Source of the DNA: Vicugna vicugna
Lineage: Eukaryota
Length of the DNA: 64,000 nt
Direction: 5' to 3'
NCBI GenBank assembly: GCA_013265495.1
Contig: MU058781.1
Span: forward strand, 6,600,522-6,664,521
Every line of letters starts with the position of its first letter. Positions within the stretch are counted from its first letter, which is position 1. The position numbers and the translations under genes are program-made. Under the pieces are notes generated by a model. It was not told the origin of the DNA. It did no database searches and was given only the letters and a program-made list of their open reading frames with translations. This document shows positions 1-13,655 of this stretch, one piece after another.

Positions 1-3000
1 TTGGTGTCCCAGCTTCATGCCCCACTCTACCACTAACTCCTTACGAGACTCTCCAGGTATACAAGCTCTTCCCCTGAAGCAATTCATCCTTCTTCAGTAC
101 AACTGTATGTCTTTCACAATTCTTAGCTAGGTGTGTGACAAGCAGGGTAAAGTAATTCTTAATAAGCGAAGTCCCAGGAAAGATCTGCACCTGAATCTTT
201 CATTGCGCTACAGATATAGGAGAGTGAACTGTAGCCACAGCCCATTTGTCCTTTTCACCAAACTCAGAATTTCCAGCACAGGAGAGTGGACTGGCTGAGA
301 CTCAGAAATCATTCCTTTCTTGGAGACTTATTGGGTGCCTAGGACAACATTCATATCCCAGTTTTGAAAGGAAAAGAACATGCAAAAGAGCTGGGCCAAA
401 CTCAGGCAAAACATCAGAATAGAAAATCAGTAAGCTTCAGGGAGATAAGGAAAAATCTACATCCTCCTTTAGGCTTGATCTCAATTGTTGACCTCACTTT
501 ATGATGATTTCTTTGAAGTAAAACAATATATGAGGGAACAGTAATACATTGGTCCCACGTTCAAGTGACTGAGTTACCAGAAACTTTACCAAACTTGACA
601 GCAAAGAAGGAATAAGCAGCAAGAAAAAATCTGCATTCCAAACGTCCCACTGCCTAGTTTTCCCCTGAAATAGTACCAGCCTCACTATGGGGTGAAGTAA
701 CCTTTTGTACATAGTTTGGGATTCTAAAATAACATTGTTTCTTTGCTGAAATTCAGTTTGGAGTTACAAATCACCAAATCTAGAATTCCTCACATATTTT
801 TGGCATAGAACTCATTGTTCAGTTAGGAATTACTAGTAGTAGAATGGGTTATAAGAAGTTATTCTGATTTTAAAACTTAAAAGAATCTGTCCACATTCAA
901 CCATACAAATAATTATTAAACATTCCTCTAAGAGATACTATATGTAAATTGGAAAAAAATCAAATGGCATGGAACATTAAGAGGGATTCTTGAACTCCTT
1001 CCAGCCATATTAGGAGTTAGGTTTTGAGAGAAGGGAGTAATTATCTAGTACTTATATTTAAGCAATTTCTGTAAGTGGTGAAATTTTACCTCTACAAAAC
1101 CTGTGACATTCTGTAGCTCACAGAATGGGAAGCCATCACTTGTAAATTTTCTATTATAAAGTAGCTATTTTCTTTATTCAACCTCTATTCATAATTTCTA
1201 TTCCTATCAGCCTTTAGGTCTGGACAAAATTGAAATGGCTCTGAGAAGTGATCTTATGTTTTGGCTTGTTTCATTGGGTTGTCTTCACTGGAGAAATTCA
1301 TTTCTCCCATACTAGGTTTTAAACTCCAAGATTTTTTTTCTCACTGCTATATTCTGAACACATGGATCAGTGTTGACGCATATCATTGGTTCTACATGTA
1401 CTATAGCTCACTTGCCCAACATCCAATTACTACCAATGCCAACTGTTTCCATTTTACTGTAACAAGTAATACAGTGATGAATACAACTCAGCTATATAAC
1501 CTTTCCTAGCTTGCATCCATTTATTATATTGCATGACAAATTAATATTTCTCAAATTCATTTATTCATGATAAAGCATTCATGAGTATTATGACCAAATC
1601 CCTATGAAAATGTGACGTATGAATTATTATCCTCTTACCTTTGCCATCAGTATGCCATTTTTGTAGCCAATTTAGGAATCTACCTACCACTTAAACATTT
1701 TTTTGAAATGACGTTTTTTTCCAGGTCAGTGGAGAACCCCATACTTTAGAAATCTCTCTGTCTGATGGCCTTCACACTGACTAAAATGTTTATATCCTGG
1801 TTCCCTGTCTTATTGCTAGAAAGAATGGACATCTGTCAGTTGGATAACATGATAGCCATTGGCAAGACCAGACTCAAATAGCTGACTCAGGATCACTCGG
1901 GAATTTCAGGACTCCCATCATGGCAGGGGGATGGAGGGTATGTTGATGGATGGGAGTGAAGAGTACTTCAGCAGGGGCGTTTGGGTGGAAAGGATATCGC
2001 ACATCAGACCTCCCCATCACAGACAGGAGCCGTGTTAGCAAAAGCAATAGAACTCAAAGTATTTGTTTCTGTGAAGGATAAGGAAAAAATAAGTAACAGT
2101 TATTCACATTCAGATCGAGTGGCAGAAATTGAAATGAACCACAGAAGGACAGGAATTCCTTCTCAATAATCAAGTTGAAAACAAAAATTAGACCTTCACT
2201 TTTCTTAAATCTTGATTCAGTTTTTTTCAGCCAAAACAGCTGGTGTATTGGAAGGGATTTTATTTTATGGAAAGCCTATTACTACTACAGCCCCTCTCCC
2301 CCAAGAAACGTCTTTGTTTCTCCCCATGTAATATGGTAACTGCCTGCCAATTATAAATTAGCAGATAGGCTGCTGACCTTTCAGAGATAAGGAATATCCA
2401 TCAATTACAAATGAAATACAATTTAGTCTAAGCACATCCTGGGTTTAAAAACAGCCTTTATATCTTCTTTATAAGTTTAAGACAATTCTGGCCAAAGGAG
2501 TTTTAAGAGATGACAATTACAGGAAAATGGAAAGCTGTGCTTTTATTTTACCCTAACTACACAAAGTGAGGTATCTGCTATGATAAGCAAATTATAGAAG
2601 CAAATTATTATTTTATTGAAAGTAGTTTTAGGTGGCTCTCCATGATCTTCCACAGACAGTTCCATGTGATAATTATTACCAGGCATTTCATTGAATAGAA
2701 AAATAAGGTGAAACTAATTTTTTTTATAAAGGGTATTATAATGATTAAAATATAGTGAACTTCAGTCTCTCCTGGAAAATCTCAAAGTGGGGTTGGGATT
2801 TTAGAAAAGTACTGGGTTTTTTGTCTGTTTGTATTTTAGGGGGAGAGAGGCCACAGCGCTGGGGAGATATTTAAAGATGTACATCACTATTCTCTCATTA
2901 ACTTACTGTGTTCTCTGTCTTTTGGGAATAAAGTCATACTTAAGACTAAATGAATTAACTAATATAATCAAATTTTGATTAACTACATATATCGCTCAAT

Positions 3001-3904
3001 TCCAGCATGCCATATAAGATTTTTCTTCTGCAGACTGCGTATGGCAATGTATACTAGCCTTTGGCATGTATGTGTTTGTGTACCTTTCTCATGGTTTAAA
3101 GCACATCTTAAATTCATGGGTCCTAAATGGAAGTTCAGCTTTACTGAATGAAATAGAAACCAGATTCAGGGAGACCAGTCCCATCCTAATATTTAAGACA
3201 GTTATTGAATTGACAAAGATTAAACATATTTTGGCTTATAGGCCAAATGTAAACTAGGATAAACATCAACAATTGAATCAAGGCTAAAGGAAGATACAGA
3301 TATTTATAAAGAATTTATAAACATAAGCTAAACCTTTAAAAACACTTACTGAGAACCTACTCTGTGTTGGTTTCTAATCTGAACATTTAGTATATCTATC
3401 AGTGTACAAAACATTAAAACAACCTCTGTTCACATGGTACGTTACACTGTATCATTTTACTAAATTCTCTTAAAGTTTACATTATGCTCTGTTCACCACC
3501 AGCACGTTAACACTAATAATTCACCCCCAAATTCTACATTCTAAATTCTAAACACCTGCTACTGAATTCATCCCATACAATAAATCTATTGGCTTAGTTT
3601 AGTTTTTATTTTTAATATAATGAATCAGTTACATTAGAAAACTGGACTCCTCATTAAGGTCACAATCTATGTAAAACTGTAACACTTGCAAAATTCAGTT
3701 TGCTCACACCAAGACCAAACTTTTTTATCTTTTGAAAGCTTTTGTAGACAATGCTTGCATTTATCAGACCTTAACTTATTAAGACTTCTTTTCAAGAGGG
3801 TTCTACTAACCAACATGCCAACAGCCCTAATGTGCAGGTCATCCCACCACCACCAGAAAGGCACAACCTACCCCAGTTTAAATGGTGTCTTTCGGCCTCT
3901 TGCT

Positions 3905-4043
3905 GCTCAGGGGCTAGCAGCAGCAGCCCCCGGGAGCTTGTCAGAATAAAGGATCTCTGCTCATCCCAGGCCTGCTTCATCAGAGTCTGCATTTCCACAA
4001 GATCGCCAGGTGACTCATAAGCACATGACATCTAAGAAGTGCT
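3905..4043. mobile_element. MER5A-like hAT-Charlie fragment
   Basis: gggagcttgtcagaa...atcagagtctgcatttccacaagatcgccaggtgactcat. Confidence 0.7.
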
Positions 4044-5036
4044 TTTTCAAGAATAAACCATGATGCAGAATTCATAAAGCACATCTGAGATGTTACTCGT
4101 CTGAAACTAAACATCAGTTATGACTTACACTTCAGCAAAGATATGTAAAGAGCACTTTGCTAATTCCCAACTATCCTTTATTTGTACAAGTTTTCCTTTA
4201 GAATTAATTCATGAGAAACAAAAAAACAAAGATGTAGAGTAAACCAGCTCATGATCCAAGAAGCTTTGAGCAGTGAGAAATTCTGCAAAGAAAGCTCAGA
4301 CTACGTCCTTAGAATTGCTGTGGGTTTTCTCTTCGGGAAGCACTCACGAAACCATTCTTAAAGTAGGATTTCTAAGAGGGAGTATTCTTCGTACTGGGTT
4401 AGCGTCTAATATCTAAAATTCTGGATAAGAAGTCAGACAACTTGGAGTAAAATCTACAGACTTAACTTTCCTAAATTGCAAGGACAGGAGCGATAGTAAC
4501 TTTCTACTAGACAAATGAAAACAATTAAAGACAGTACCTACTTCTAACAGCCTGATCTCTTAAACAGGTGCTATGAAGTCAAGACAATATTCAGATACAG
4601 TATTTTCTCCCAAAATTACTTCTGGAAAAAATTAAATAACAGCTGTTTAGACTAAAGATTCCTTCCCTGAAGTTGGTCATCAGAACTATTCTTCCCACAA
4701 CACACAGCTGTTAACTCACCACAGGGAAGGCCTAAAAAGTTGTCAAACACAAGAAATGAAAAATCGTTTTTAAAAGGCTCACACACACCTCCCTGCCTGT
4801 AGAATACGCACACTTGTTCATATGAACACTTACACATCACGACATCAAAGTAATGAGTTAACCAACGTTTCTGTAAAGAGCAGGCTTAGGAATTTCTGTT
4901 CTTTAATCTCCAACCAACAATTTAAGGGTTGATGAACCAGCAGCTTATTGAGCACACATTTTTTTCCTCTCGTATTTGGTACATTCGGTACATTTCACCT
5001 TTACCACACAGTGAGCAGAAATGAAATGAAACAGCT

Positions 5037-5042
5037 TTTATT
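5037..5042 (-). terminator. AATAAA of the orphan terminal-exon candidate
   Basis: Minus strand gaaAATAAAagctgtttcatttcatttctgctcactgtgtgg; U- and GU-rich downstream. Confidence 0.45.
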
Positions 5043-6844
5043 TTCATGGGCTTCTTTTTCCAAAGGAAGCTAGACTATTCCCTGAAATGAAATTCTGGAT
5101 TTAGTCCAGTCTTGTTGTCTATTATCACACGTAACAGAGCTGATTTAACAGAGCCATGAACCAAACATAACGGTTAGTTAACAAGATGATTTTAAGCCAG
5201 CACGTATAACCCATGGCCTGTGTCTTCAACCTGCCTCACCTTGTTGGGGTCCATTGTAAAAACAACACAATATCGTGAGCCACAAAAAACATGGTTCTTC
5301 AAAACCAAAATACAAAACGAACTCTTCTAATCTCGGACGCAAACAGGAGTGAAGTTGTACTGCTGTACATTCGATATTAAATAGGCAGGGTTGCCAAATA
5401 GAAGGCAACTCTGCAGACATAGAACAAAGCCTGTTGAACAGACCGCCGCAGGTTAGGGAAAGCTGCCTCTGCCCCTGAAGGTTTAGAGTCCACTGCAAAT
5501 ACCGCACATAGAAGTAAAGCATCAAAGCACAAAGGGGGCCCTAACCAGGCAGCGCACGGCTTCCACCAGCCACGATTAAATCCCAACCACAACCTAGATG
5601 CTTTACGTTAGTAACAGTTAAACCAGCTTTGTTTCACTTGCTTGGTCATAAAATCTTGCTCCCCTGCGAGTCAGCAGCAACTCACAAGCACTTTCTACAA
5701 GAAGCACCTGTTTTGAGGCCCGTCTCTTTCATCTGAAGGGCAGAGATCAATGAATGATTTTAGCTTCGTGCCTAAGGCTGGAGTGTCATCCCTTGTCTCT
5801 GCCAGACTAGATGGTCCCATGCAGAAGGGCAGTGACTCTGCAGACAGGTAGTGGTCTGCTGCGGGGCAGTGAGGACGCACATCTACAAAAGGCCAGTGGG
5901 AGCAGACAGGTGGGAAGGAAAAGCCATTTTTCTGTTTTCACTGCAGGCCTTCATAGCTACGCCTCTTCCTTAACTCCTCCCCACCTGGGCCTGCACGTTG
6001 CGGCTCTGCTTCCGCAGATAAAGCCTCTTCCTTTTCTCAAGGTTTGGTTTGGGTTTACAAACAAAAGGGAGCTGAATTTTCCCCCTTCCTTTGCTCCACC
6101 ACTCACTTTAGAACAGGATCCTCTAAAAAGCCTTAAAGACTAAGAGAGAAAATGCAATCGTTCTTAGAAGCTTTCTGTCCTCAGTTCAAGTTAAGGAAAG
6201 CCAAGTCCAGTGGCCAGTTCTACATCAGGTCTAAGCAAGACGAGTCAGATCATTTGTTTCAATTCTTTTTTCAGCAACTCTCCCTGACAACTTCCTACCC
6301 GTGCCAGCAATGTAGAAAAAGAAAAGGAGAGATGTTTAAAGAGGGACGTAAGAGAGAGGAAGGGAGGACTAAGATGAGAAAGGGGAGAGCAAATTTTAGA
6401 TTCTGACCAATAGTCACGATGAGCAATTTCTGAAAACTCGGTCAAAAGTTTTGCTGGGTCTGCAGCCACCCTGAACTCACCTTTGGGGTCCATAAGTCAG
6501 GCTTCTGATTTCAGACTGGCTCCCTGTTGACCCAAATGCAAAAGCTGAAAAATAAACGAAGGGGAAATGAGCGGTACCTTGCGGGAATGGTGCTACAGAC
6601 CTGCAGAGGATCACTTACTAACGTCATAAATAATGAAGGACTATTAAATAATACATAAGAAAGAAAAGCCCCTCCTTATTGCCACTTCGTGGTTTCCTAA
6701 CATTTTCTATCCAGAGGACCAGGTGCCAATTGGATAAATGTTTATGAAGTGGATGAATGCACATTCACAGAGGGTTTGCACTTTGTTATTTCTCCCAACA
6801 ACTTTCATGTTATGGCTTTTGTTCTGTGTTTTTCAAAAATACTT

Positions 6845-6975
6845 TATATTCCATATCTTGTAGTAACCTATAATGAAAAAGAACATGAAAATGAATATAT
6901 ATATGTATATGTAGGACTGAAACATTGTGCACAGAAATTGACACATTGTAACTGACTACATTTCAATTTAAAAAT
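6845..6975 (+). mobile_element. L1 3' end fragment
   Basis: atcttgtagtaacctataatgaaaaagaa...gacacattgtaactgac; shared with the copies at 35222, 49550 and 55675. Confidence 0.8.
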
Positions 6976-7789
6976 ACTTTAAAATTTGTTAAAATAATCT
7001 TTTATTATTAAAACACCTTTAATCCCCCCTTTCTTTTTAAACACAGTTTACCTCAGACCACATACTAATTGCTGTGTCAGAGGCTTACAGAAAAAAAAAC
7101 TCACTTTTATGTCATCAGATGAACATAGTGGCTTCCCTGTGGGATTAGACCAAAATCGGAACTGTGAACTAACAAAAGAAAGATATATCCTTTAAAACCA
7201 AAACTTTGGAATACTATTCAGCAAATATTTGCTATGTTCTGAGCCTTATGTTCTGCAGATGGAAACATGATGCTGACACAGGTCTGGCCATTCAGGGACA
7301 AGAAGAAATGGTTGTACTTTTACTTTTTAAGAATTTTGTGTAAACACTTAATGCAGATAAATTTCCTCTGGGAAATATGTATTGCATAAACAGCTTTAAG
7401 TTTGCATTCTTTATTTTAAACAATTTTCAGGTAGAATAAAATCTTCGCGTAAACCAGCATCGTCCCCACCCCCTGGGCTCAGTGGAATTGTGTTCGGGAC
7501 GCTCAGCTAGGGAACGTGTTGAGCCTGCCCTTTATTTAGACGTAAATAAATTCTTTAGTAGGAAAGACCAGGTTAAAAGAAGATACTGTAAAATGTATAC
7601 TCTAGAGATACTTGAGGTTGCCTCTCAAGGGGGAGCTAGTGACGTGATTCTCACTGCCTATTATACTTTTATACCTGATGAATCTAGAAATGTAATCTTA
7701 CTTTCAAATGGTATGAGATCTCAAATTCAGGACAAAGGAGACGCAGAGGACTATGCATCAGAAGTGAATACCAAAGAATCTAACTAGTT

Positions 7790-8130
7790 TTCAGGTGCCC
7801 CAGACGATGCTCCGATTCAGCAGGAAGCAGCTAGAGGAGAGTAATGCCCATTTCCCTACTCCCATAGAAATGGAAGGAATTAACTAACAGTGGGGATTTG
7901 AAAGAGTGGGAAACTAACAAGATGGCTATTGAGTTGTTCAGGCCTGTACTTCTAGCTAAACTGATCTTACGACTAACATGCTCCCCTCCCTGTGTATACT
8001 TGACTTAGAATAACTTACCCTTTTACCCTAGAGGTCTTGAAAGAAGATCATGGACTGAACTTCAAGAAATTAGGCAGACCCTCCTAAATTCCTCCATGAC
8101 AGCAAGTTCTTATCAAGATGAAAAGATTGC
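7790..8130 (+). mobile_element. ERV1-class fragment: internal 3' end, polypurine tract and start of 3' LTR
   Basis: ttcagcaggaagcagctagag...gccca motif typical of ERV1 internal 3' ends, then agtggggat followed by tgaaag (~7899). Boundaries approximate. Confidence 0.55.
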
Positions 8131-8652
8131 AGTATCCAAGTAGGATCTTCCAGAGGCAAGGATGAGCCCAAGGAATGTGATTTTAAGGTTTCCCACACTC
8201 TCTCTCAGGAACTAAGTGCATGAAATAATACCACTCAGGATTATCTACCGTGAGCCATGCACCTCGCTGGGCTTCACGTGCTTTATTTTTCATCCTTACA
8301 ACAAAAGAGGTGGGCTAAGTGGTTACTCGAGGTCATGCACCTGGTAGTTGCCAGGATGGGCTCTGAACACAGGTCTGACAGATTTCAAAACCTGCATTCC
8401 TTTCTTTAAGCCAGGCAGCATTCTAGAACTTGTCACAACCAATGGACAGATGCAGGGAGTGAGCCTGAGATGTTTACGGAAGCTGCTGATCCACTGACAT
8501 TTCTGCCTCTTCTCACTGAGGTCTGTCCAGCTGCTGCTCAGCCAGGGCCTTGGCAGGATTTCTGGAGTAGAGGAAAGGCTCTGCTAATCAGACCACCAAG
8601 GGGTGGGAGATGTCCTATTGGGCCCCCTCCCCTGTTGAGTTCCCTTCTTTGC

Positions 8653-8790
8653 GAGGTTGCCAGATAACAAATAAGACACCCAAATAACCTTGAATTTCAG
8701 ATAAGCAATGAATAGTTTTTTAGTATAAGAACGTCCCTAACAAAGCAAATTATGCGAGAGACAACTTATTTGCTAAATCTGGCCACTCTG
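8653..8790. mobile_element. MER53-like hAT MITE, internally deleted
   Basis: ggttgccagata...gaatttcagataa...ttttttagtataag...tatttgctaaatctggcca; inverted termini. Confidence 0.7.
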
Positions 8791-9017
8791 CTTCTTTGCT
8801 TTATTTCAGAATGTCTTGAATTAGAGAGTTGCTTCTACGCTGGAGTGATTTACAACTCTACACTTGATCTTTAGTTTGAGATTAAGACATCCTGGCTCTT
8901 GACCGGAATCGGAAGAAACTCAACTGCAAGCACATCACCCCTCCCCGACACTAAGTCATTTATCCCAAGAGGCCACGGTTATTCATTTGATTAACTTCTG
9001 ATGTAGCAGATATGTCT

Positions 9018-9146
9018 CTTTTTTTTAATTATTTTATTGGGGGGAGGTAATTAGGTTTATTTATTTTTAGAGGCGGTACTAGGGATTGAACCCAGGACGT
9101 CAAGCATGCTAAGCATGTGCTCTCACTTGAGCTATACCTTCCCTCC
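9018..9146 (-). mobile_element. Camelid tRNA-derived SINE (Vic-1 type)
   Basis: Pol III A/B boxes (tagctcaagtg, ggttcaatcc) and A-rich tail; 16-bp TSD tgtagcagata(t/c)gtct at 9002-9017 and 9147-9162. Confidence 0.9.
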
Positions 9147-9274
9147 TGTAGCAGATACGTCTTGACATGAGCAGATCTCAGGTATGCAAGACATGTAAAT
9201 TTATATTTCCTTTTTTAAAGAAATTTTTTTCTTTTATTTTTCTTCAGTATGTTTTTGTCAAGTTATAATTTTTA

Positions 9275-9470
9275 ACTTTTTTCCCAGTTTTATTGAGCTA
9301 TAATTGATATGTAACATTGTATTAGTTTGAGGTGTACACCATAACAACTTGATCTATGTATATATTGTGAAATGATCACCACAATCAGTTTAATGTCAAT
9401 GATTTATCATAGTTACAATTTTTTTCCTATGGTGAGAACTTTGAAGATCTACTCTTAGCAACTTTTTTTT
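9275..9470 (-). mobile_element. L1MA-like 3' end
   Basis: ttttattgag...gtgaaatgatcaccacaatc...gtgagaactttgaagatctactcttagcaac. Confidence 0.7.
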
Positions 9471-11439
9471 TAACACTGAAAATGTATATTTCTTTAACTC
9501 AACAGAATTTCTGTTCCCACACCCCATTTTCCAGAGGTAGCAGAAACATAAACTAAGCCAAATGCGGTGTCACCACCCCAGCTTTTCCCAGAGCTGTGCC
9601 TAGGGCACTGGTAGTGCTGTGGGGGCCATCATTTCTGGATGTCGTCCTGCCCATGCAGATTGTTGCCAAGGCCCCTCGCGTCCCTGGCCTTCTGGCCCCG
9701 TCCATCCAGGCCTTTGCCTGCCTTCCCTGGCCCACTGGGCCAAGATGTACAGTGTAGCCCTTCCCTCTCCAAGGCCTCTGCTTTGGGGAGTGAAGCTCGA
9801 TGCTCATGACCATCAACTCCTACAGACTCTCTTCGGGTCTGCCTTCCCCCCAGGGATCTTCCCCCAGGGAAGGGCACGGAGTTCTTCTCTCGGTTCCCCT
9901 CCCACCTCTAAATTCCCACCGCCTGGAAAATCTTTCTCTACTACTATATATATATATTTTAAATCTTTTTCTGGGGATGGCCCCACCGTCCAGCTCTCAG
10001 ATCTTTTTCTTGTGTATCTAATTCCCCTAAGGATCTTAGATTTTTGGAAGACATTGGAAGTTATTCCTTTTCGCGCTGGCTTATTCTCCCCCTGAGGCAG
10101 TGAACACAAAAGAGTTGGCTTGAAAGGGGGAAAAAGGCAAAGGAGAGAATAGAAGAAAGTATCGTAACCAACTGACTTGAAATATCATCAGGCCCTTTCC
10201 CCTCCCCGTCCAGCCCAGAGCTAAAGAATTAGATCCTAATTTGGTTGAGCACAAACTTGGCTTCTCCACAGGAGCCCCCAGATCTGGCATCAGCATCGGA
10301 TGGGACGCATTTCAAACGTGCACTGCCAGGGCCCCACCCCAGACCTGTAGACTCTCCTAGGATTTAATCTAGGAATATATATATTTTAAAACTCCCAACA
10401 TTTTTCTTACATGCTCAGTTGCACTTGTCCTCTGGCCTGCTTCTGGGAATGACTCCCCCTTTCCTTCTCACATCTTCTGCCTTCTTTCCCTTTCTTTCTT
10501 ATCCCAGGAGTGGCAACATCCAGTTAAAGTTTCCTTGCATAGAACCAAAATCTAGTGTGGCATTCTGTGTCCATCTTTCATAGAGAAGGTAACCTGGTGG
10601 ACAAGCGGATGCTCCAGTATCTTGTCTCCTCTTAGCTATCCCACTTCTCTCATCCTTCGGTGTCCTGTCCATGTTCCAAGAAAAAAACTGAGTCTAACCC
10701 ACCGAACAGGACCATGCAACAATGTGTTTCCATCCTGTGTCAAATGCAAAGCTATTTCCCAGAGACCTAAGTGCTGCTTCGGGTAATCATCAGCCTGTCT
10801 CAGCATCCCAGTTTTCAAAGTTTGGGGATCCTTCCAGAGGAAAGGCCTCTAAGCAATTAAGATATACTCCCAAAGTACGTAAGTTACAAAGTAAGATTTT
10901 TTAATTGCTTACATTGATTTGTTTAAATTACTGTTAAACATCCCCTTAATTTATTTGGAGAGACCAGTTCACCTCTTTAAAAAGTGAATATGGCTAGGTA
11001 GGACATGTCAATCTGGCCGTATCATTGGCCTGTTCTATTCCAAAATGCGGTTAGGCGTACCGAGCTAGATTGGCGCTCCTTAAGGATTACATCCTAGGGA
11101 GTGATAACAGACACACTCACTGAAAATCATTCACAGGTAATGACGGAAGGACTCACCTGCTGGGATGGCAGTTGGTATTTATAAAAGCCAGCTCTGCTTA
11201 TTGACTTGACTCAACAAAAAGGCATGCATTGTTATTATGACATCAGAATTCTACCCCACATTAAATAACAGAGCTAAGGGCCTGGAAAATGAGGGGGGTG
11301 GGAAGGCTGAACGGGAGCAGAGAAGTCAGCATATCCTAAGCAGCTTTCCATAGTTCCTTTCTCTCCAAAAAGTAAATTTACACGGAATATTTCACTCCGG
11401 ATTTAAATTACTGAGAAATATATCTTTTCCTTTAACACT

Positions 11440-12190
11440 GATTAAGCAGTGACAGAGAAAGACAGATACCATATGATTTCAATTATATGTGGAATCTTAA
11501 AAAATACAAAACAAATGAATATAACAAAACAAACAGAGTTAGAGATACAAACAGGTGGTTGCCAGTGGGCAGGGAGGAGGGAGAAGGAAATAGGTGAGGG
11601 AGATTAAGGAGTACAGAGTTCCAGTTGTAAAAGGAAGTGGGTCATGGGTATGAAGTGTACAGTGTGAGGAATACAGTCAATAACTGACATCTTTGTATGG
11701 TGACGTATTATCACCAGGCTTATGGTGGTGATCATTTTGAGATAAAAGAAAAAAACCACTATATGTTGTGTAACAGGAAGTAACATACTGTAGGTCATCT
11801 ACACTTCAAAAATAAACATACATAAAAACTCATAGACAAAGGGAATAAGACTGGTTACTAGAGGCAGGGGTGGAGAGTGGAGGGACGGGGAACTGGGTGA
11901 ATGTGGTCAAAATATACTACAAACTTCCAGTTAGAAGATCACCAAGTGCTAGGGATGTCATGTACAACATGATAAATACAGTTAATACTGCTGTGTAGTA
12001 TATGTGAAAGTAAATCCTGAGTTCTCATCACACACACAATTTTTTTCTTTACTTTTGTTTCTACATGAGATGACGTTCACTAAACTTACCGCGATCATCA
12101 TTTCACAATGTATGTAAGTCAAGTCACGCTGTACATCTTAAACTCACACAGTGGCGTGTATCAATTATATCTCAATAAAACTGGAAGAGA
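11440..12190 (+). mobile_element. Two adjacent older L1 (L1MA-like) 3' ends
   Basis: gacagagaaagacagataccatatgatttca...; second unit ends caattatatctcaataaaactgg. Confidence 0.75.
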
Positions 12191-13039
12191 AAGTAGTTTA
12201 TTAAGCGGCAGTATTTCTACAAAGCTGATTGGCCAGTAAATATGATAACGGATGCTGAATGCAGTCCACTGTGCCAGATGCTGTAAATAAGGGAAACTAG
12301 TTCTCCTGCACAGAGGGTTCTTTTTTCCTGAAAGGTTGATACAGGCATGGAGTTAGGAACCAGAGACATTAGACTTCACAGGCTGAAAAGCCCTATAAAG
12401 TTCCACTAAGCCAGTCCCACAACTAATGGGTGAGTTATTTCTTCAACATTGTTAAGTGTCTGTTGTATTCGGGCTTTATTGTCTCCAAAAATGGAGACCC
12501 GTGCTTCCTGAGGGGTGGAGAGTGGCCCTGGCTGGTGGCAGCTGTTATCGCTGAGTGGGAGTTGGGAGGAGGAGGGCCACTCTGGGAATGGCTTGACCTT
12601 GGCCAGTTGCTGCTCCTTGATGAGCTCTGGGACCTGCTCTGGGAACTCAGCCTGGACGGACCTCATCCTTAGGGAGACTTCACAGGCAAGTCTTGCTAAC
12701 AAGCAGTCTCTTGGCTGAAAAGAGGATTTTCTCTCAATACTTGTGTTGTTTTATTCTAAACAACATTCATACATTTATTCATACTTTAGATAATGACCTT
12801 GCTCTTTGTGGTGGCTTGTCAGATTGTGAAACATTTTTTCCATTCTGTTATTCATTTGTTTAATATGTTTTTCTTGAGTTACTGTTTCATTATAGGAAAC
12901 TGAAGTCCAGAGTGCTTAGGTGGATATTTTGTGACTTAGTAATAGAATGGCTATTTCCTGACTCAAACTCCAGTGCGTTTTACACTATTTGGGGTGTGTG
13001 TCACATTTAATATATATGTATGTATGTTTTTACCTAATT

Positions 13040-13455
13040 CCTTTTTCTGTTCACATTGCATTTAGTTGGCATGTCTTCTAAGGCTCCTCTTGGCTTTGAC
13101 AGGATCTCAAACTTGGTTTTTGATGTCTTTGACAGTTTTGAGGAGTATTGTAAGATGTATTATAGGACGCCCCTCTACTGAAATTGGTCTGCCATTTTTC
13201 TCATGATTAGACTGAGGTTATAGGTCTATGGGAGGAATACCATAGATGTAGTAACGTGCCATTTTCATCACATCATGTCAAGGGTACATGCTACCAACAC
13301 CACTTTTCACTGTTGACGTTGACCTTGGTCACCTGAATGTAGTGATTGTCGAGTTTCTCCACTATAAAGTTTCTCTCTTTCCCCCATTTCCATACTCATT
13401 AGAAGGAAGTCACTGTGTAGCTGGCACTTGATGCGTGGGGAGTGATGCTCCCCCT
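13040..13455 (-). mobile_element. Old L1 (L1MC-like) fragment
   Basis: cacattgcatttagttggcatgtc...tgccattttcatcacatcat; recalled similarity to L1MC 3' ends. Confidence 0.6.
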
Positions 13456-13499
13456 TATTCTTACCACATTTTAAACTAGACTAAGCTTGTTATTTCAGC

Positions 13500-13655
13500 T
13501 TTTTTAAGTTATTATTTTTAATTTTTTTGATGGGGGAGGTAATTAAGTTTTTATTTAGTTATTTATGTAAATGGAGGAACTGGGGATTGAACCCAGGACC
13601 TGTTGCATGCTAAGCACGCACTCTTGCCACTGAGCTATATGCCTCCCACCCCCCC
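13500..13655 (-). mobile_element. Camelid tRNA-derived SINE
   Basis: ggggattgaacccaggacc...catgctaagcacg...cactgagctata; same family as 9018. Confidence 0.88.

Noticed and set aside
1..3300. Possible start of a neighbouring gene (NUP153 lies on this side in human, from memory)
   Set aside because: No CpG island or recognisable exon is visible; the sequence is AT-rich and looks intergenic.
8653..8790. MER53 as a possible miR-1302-type hairpin source
   Set aside because: Most of the second arm is missing, so a long hairpin cannot form.
12420..12701. 98-aa ORF within an LTR-like segment
   Set aside because: Minus-strand TGT start and AATAAA suggest an old LTR, but I could not assign a family, and the ORF shows no coding signature.
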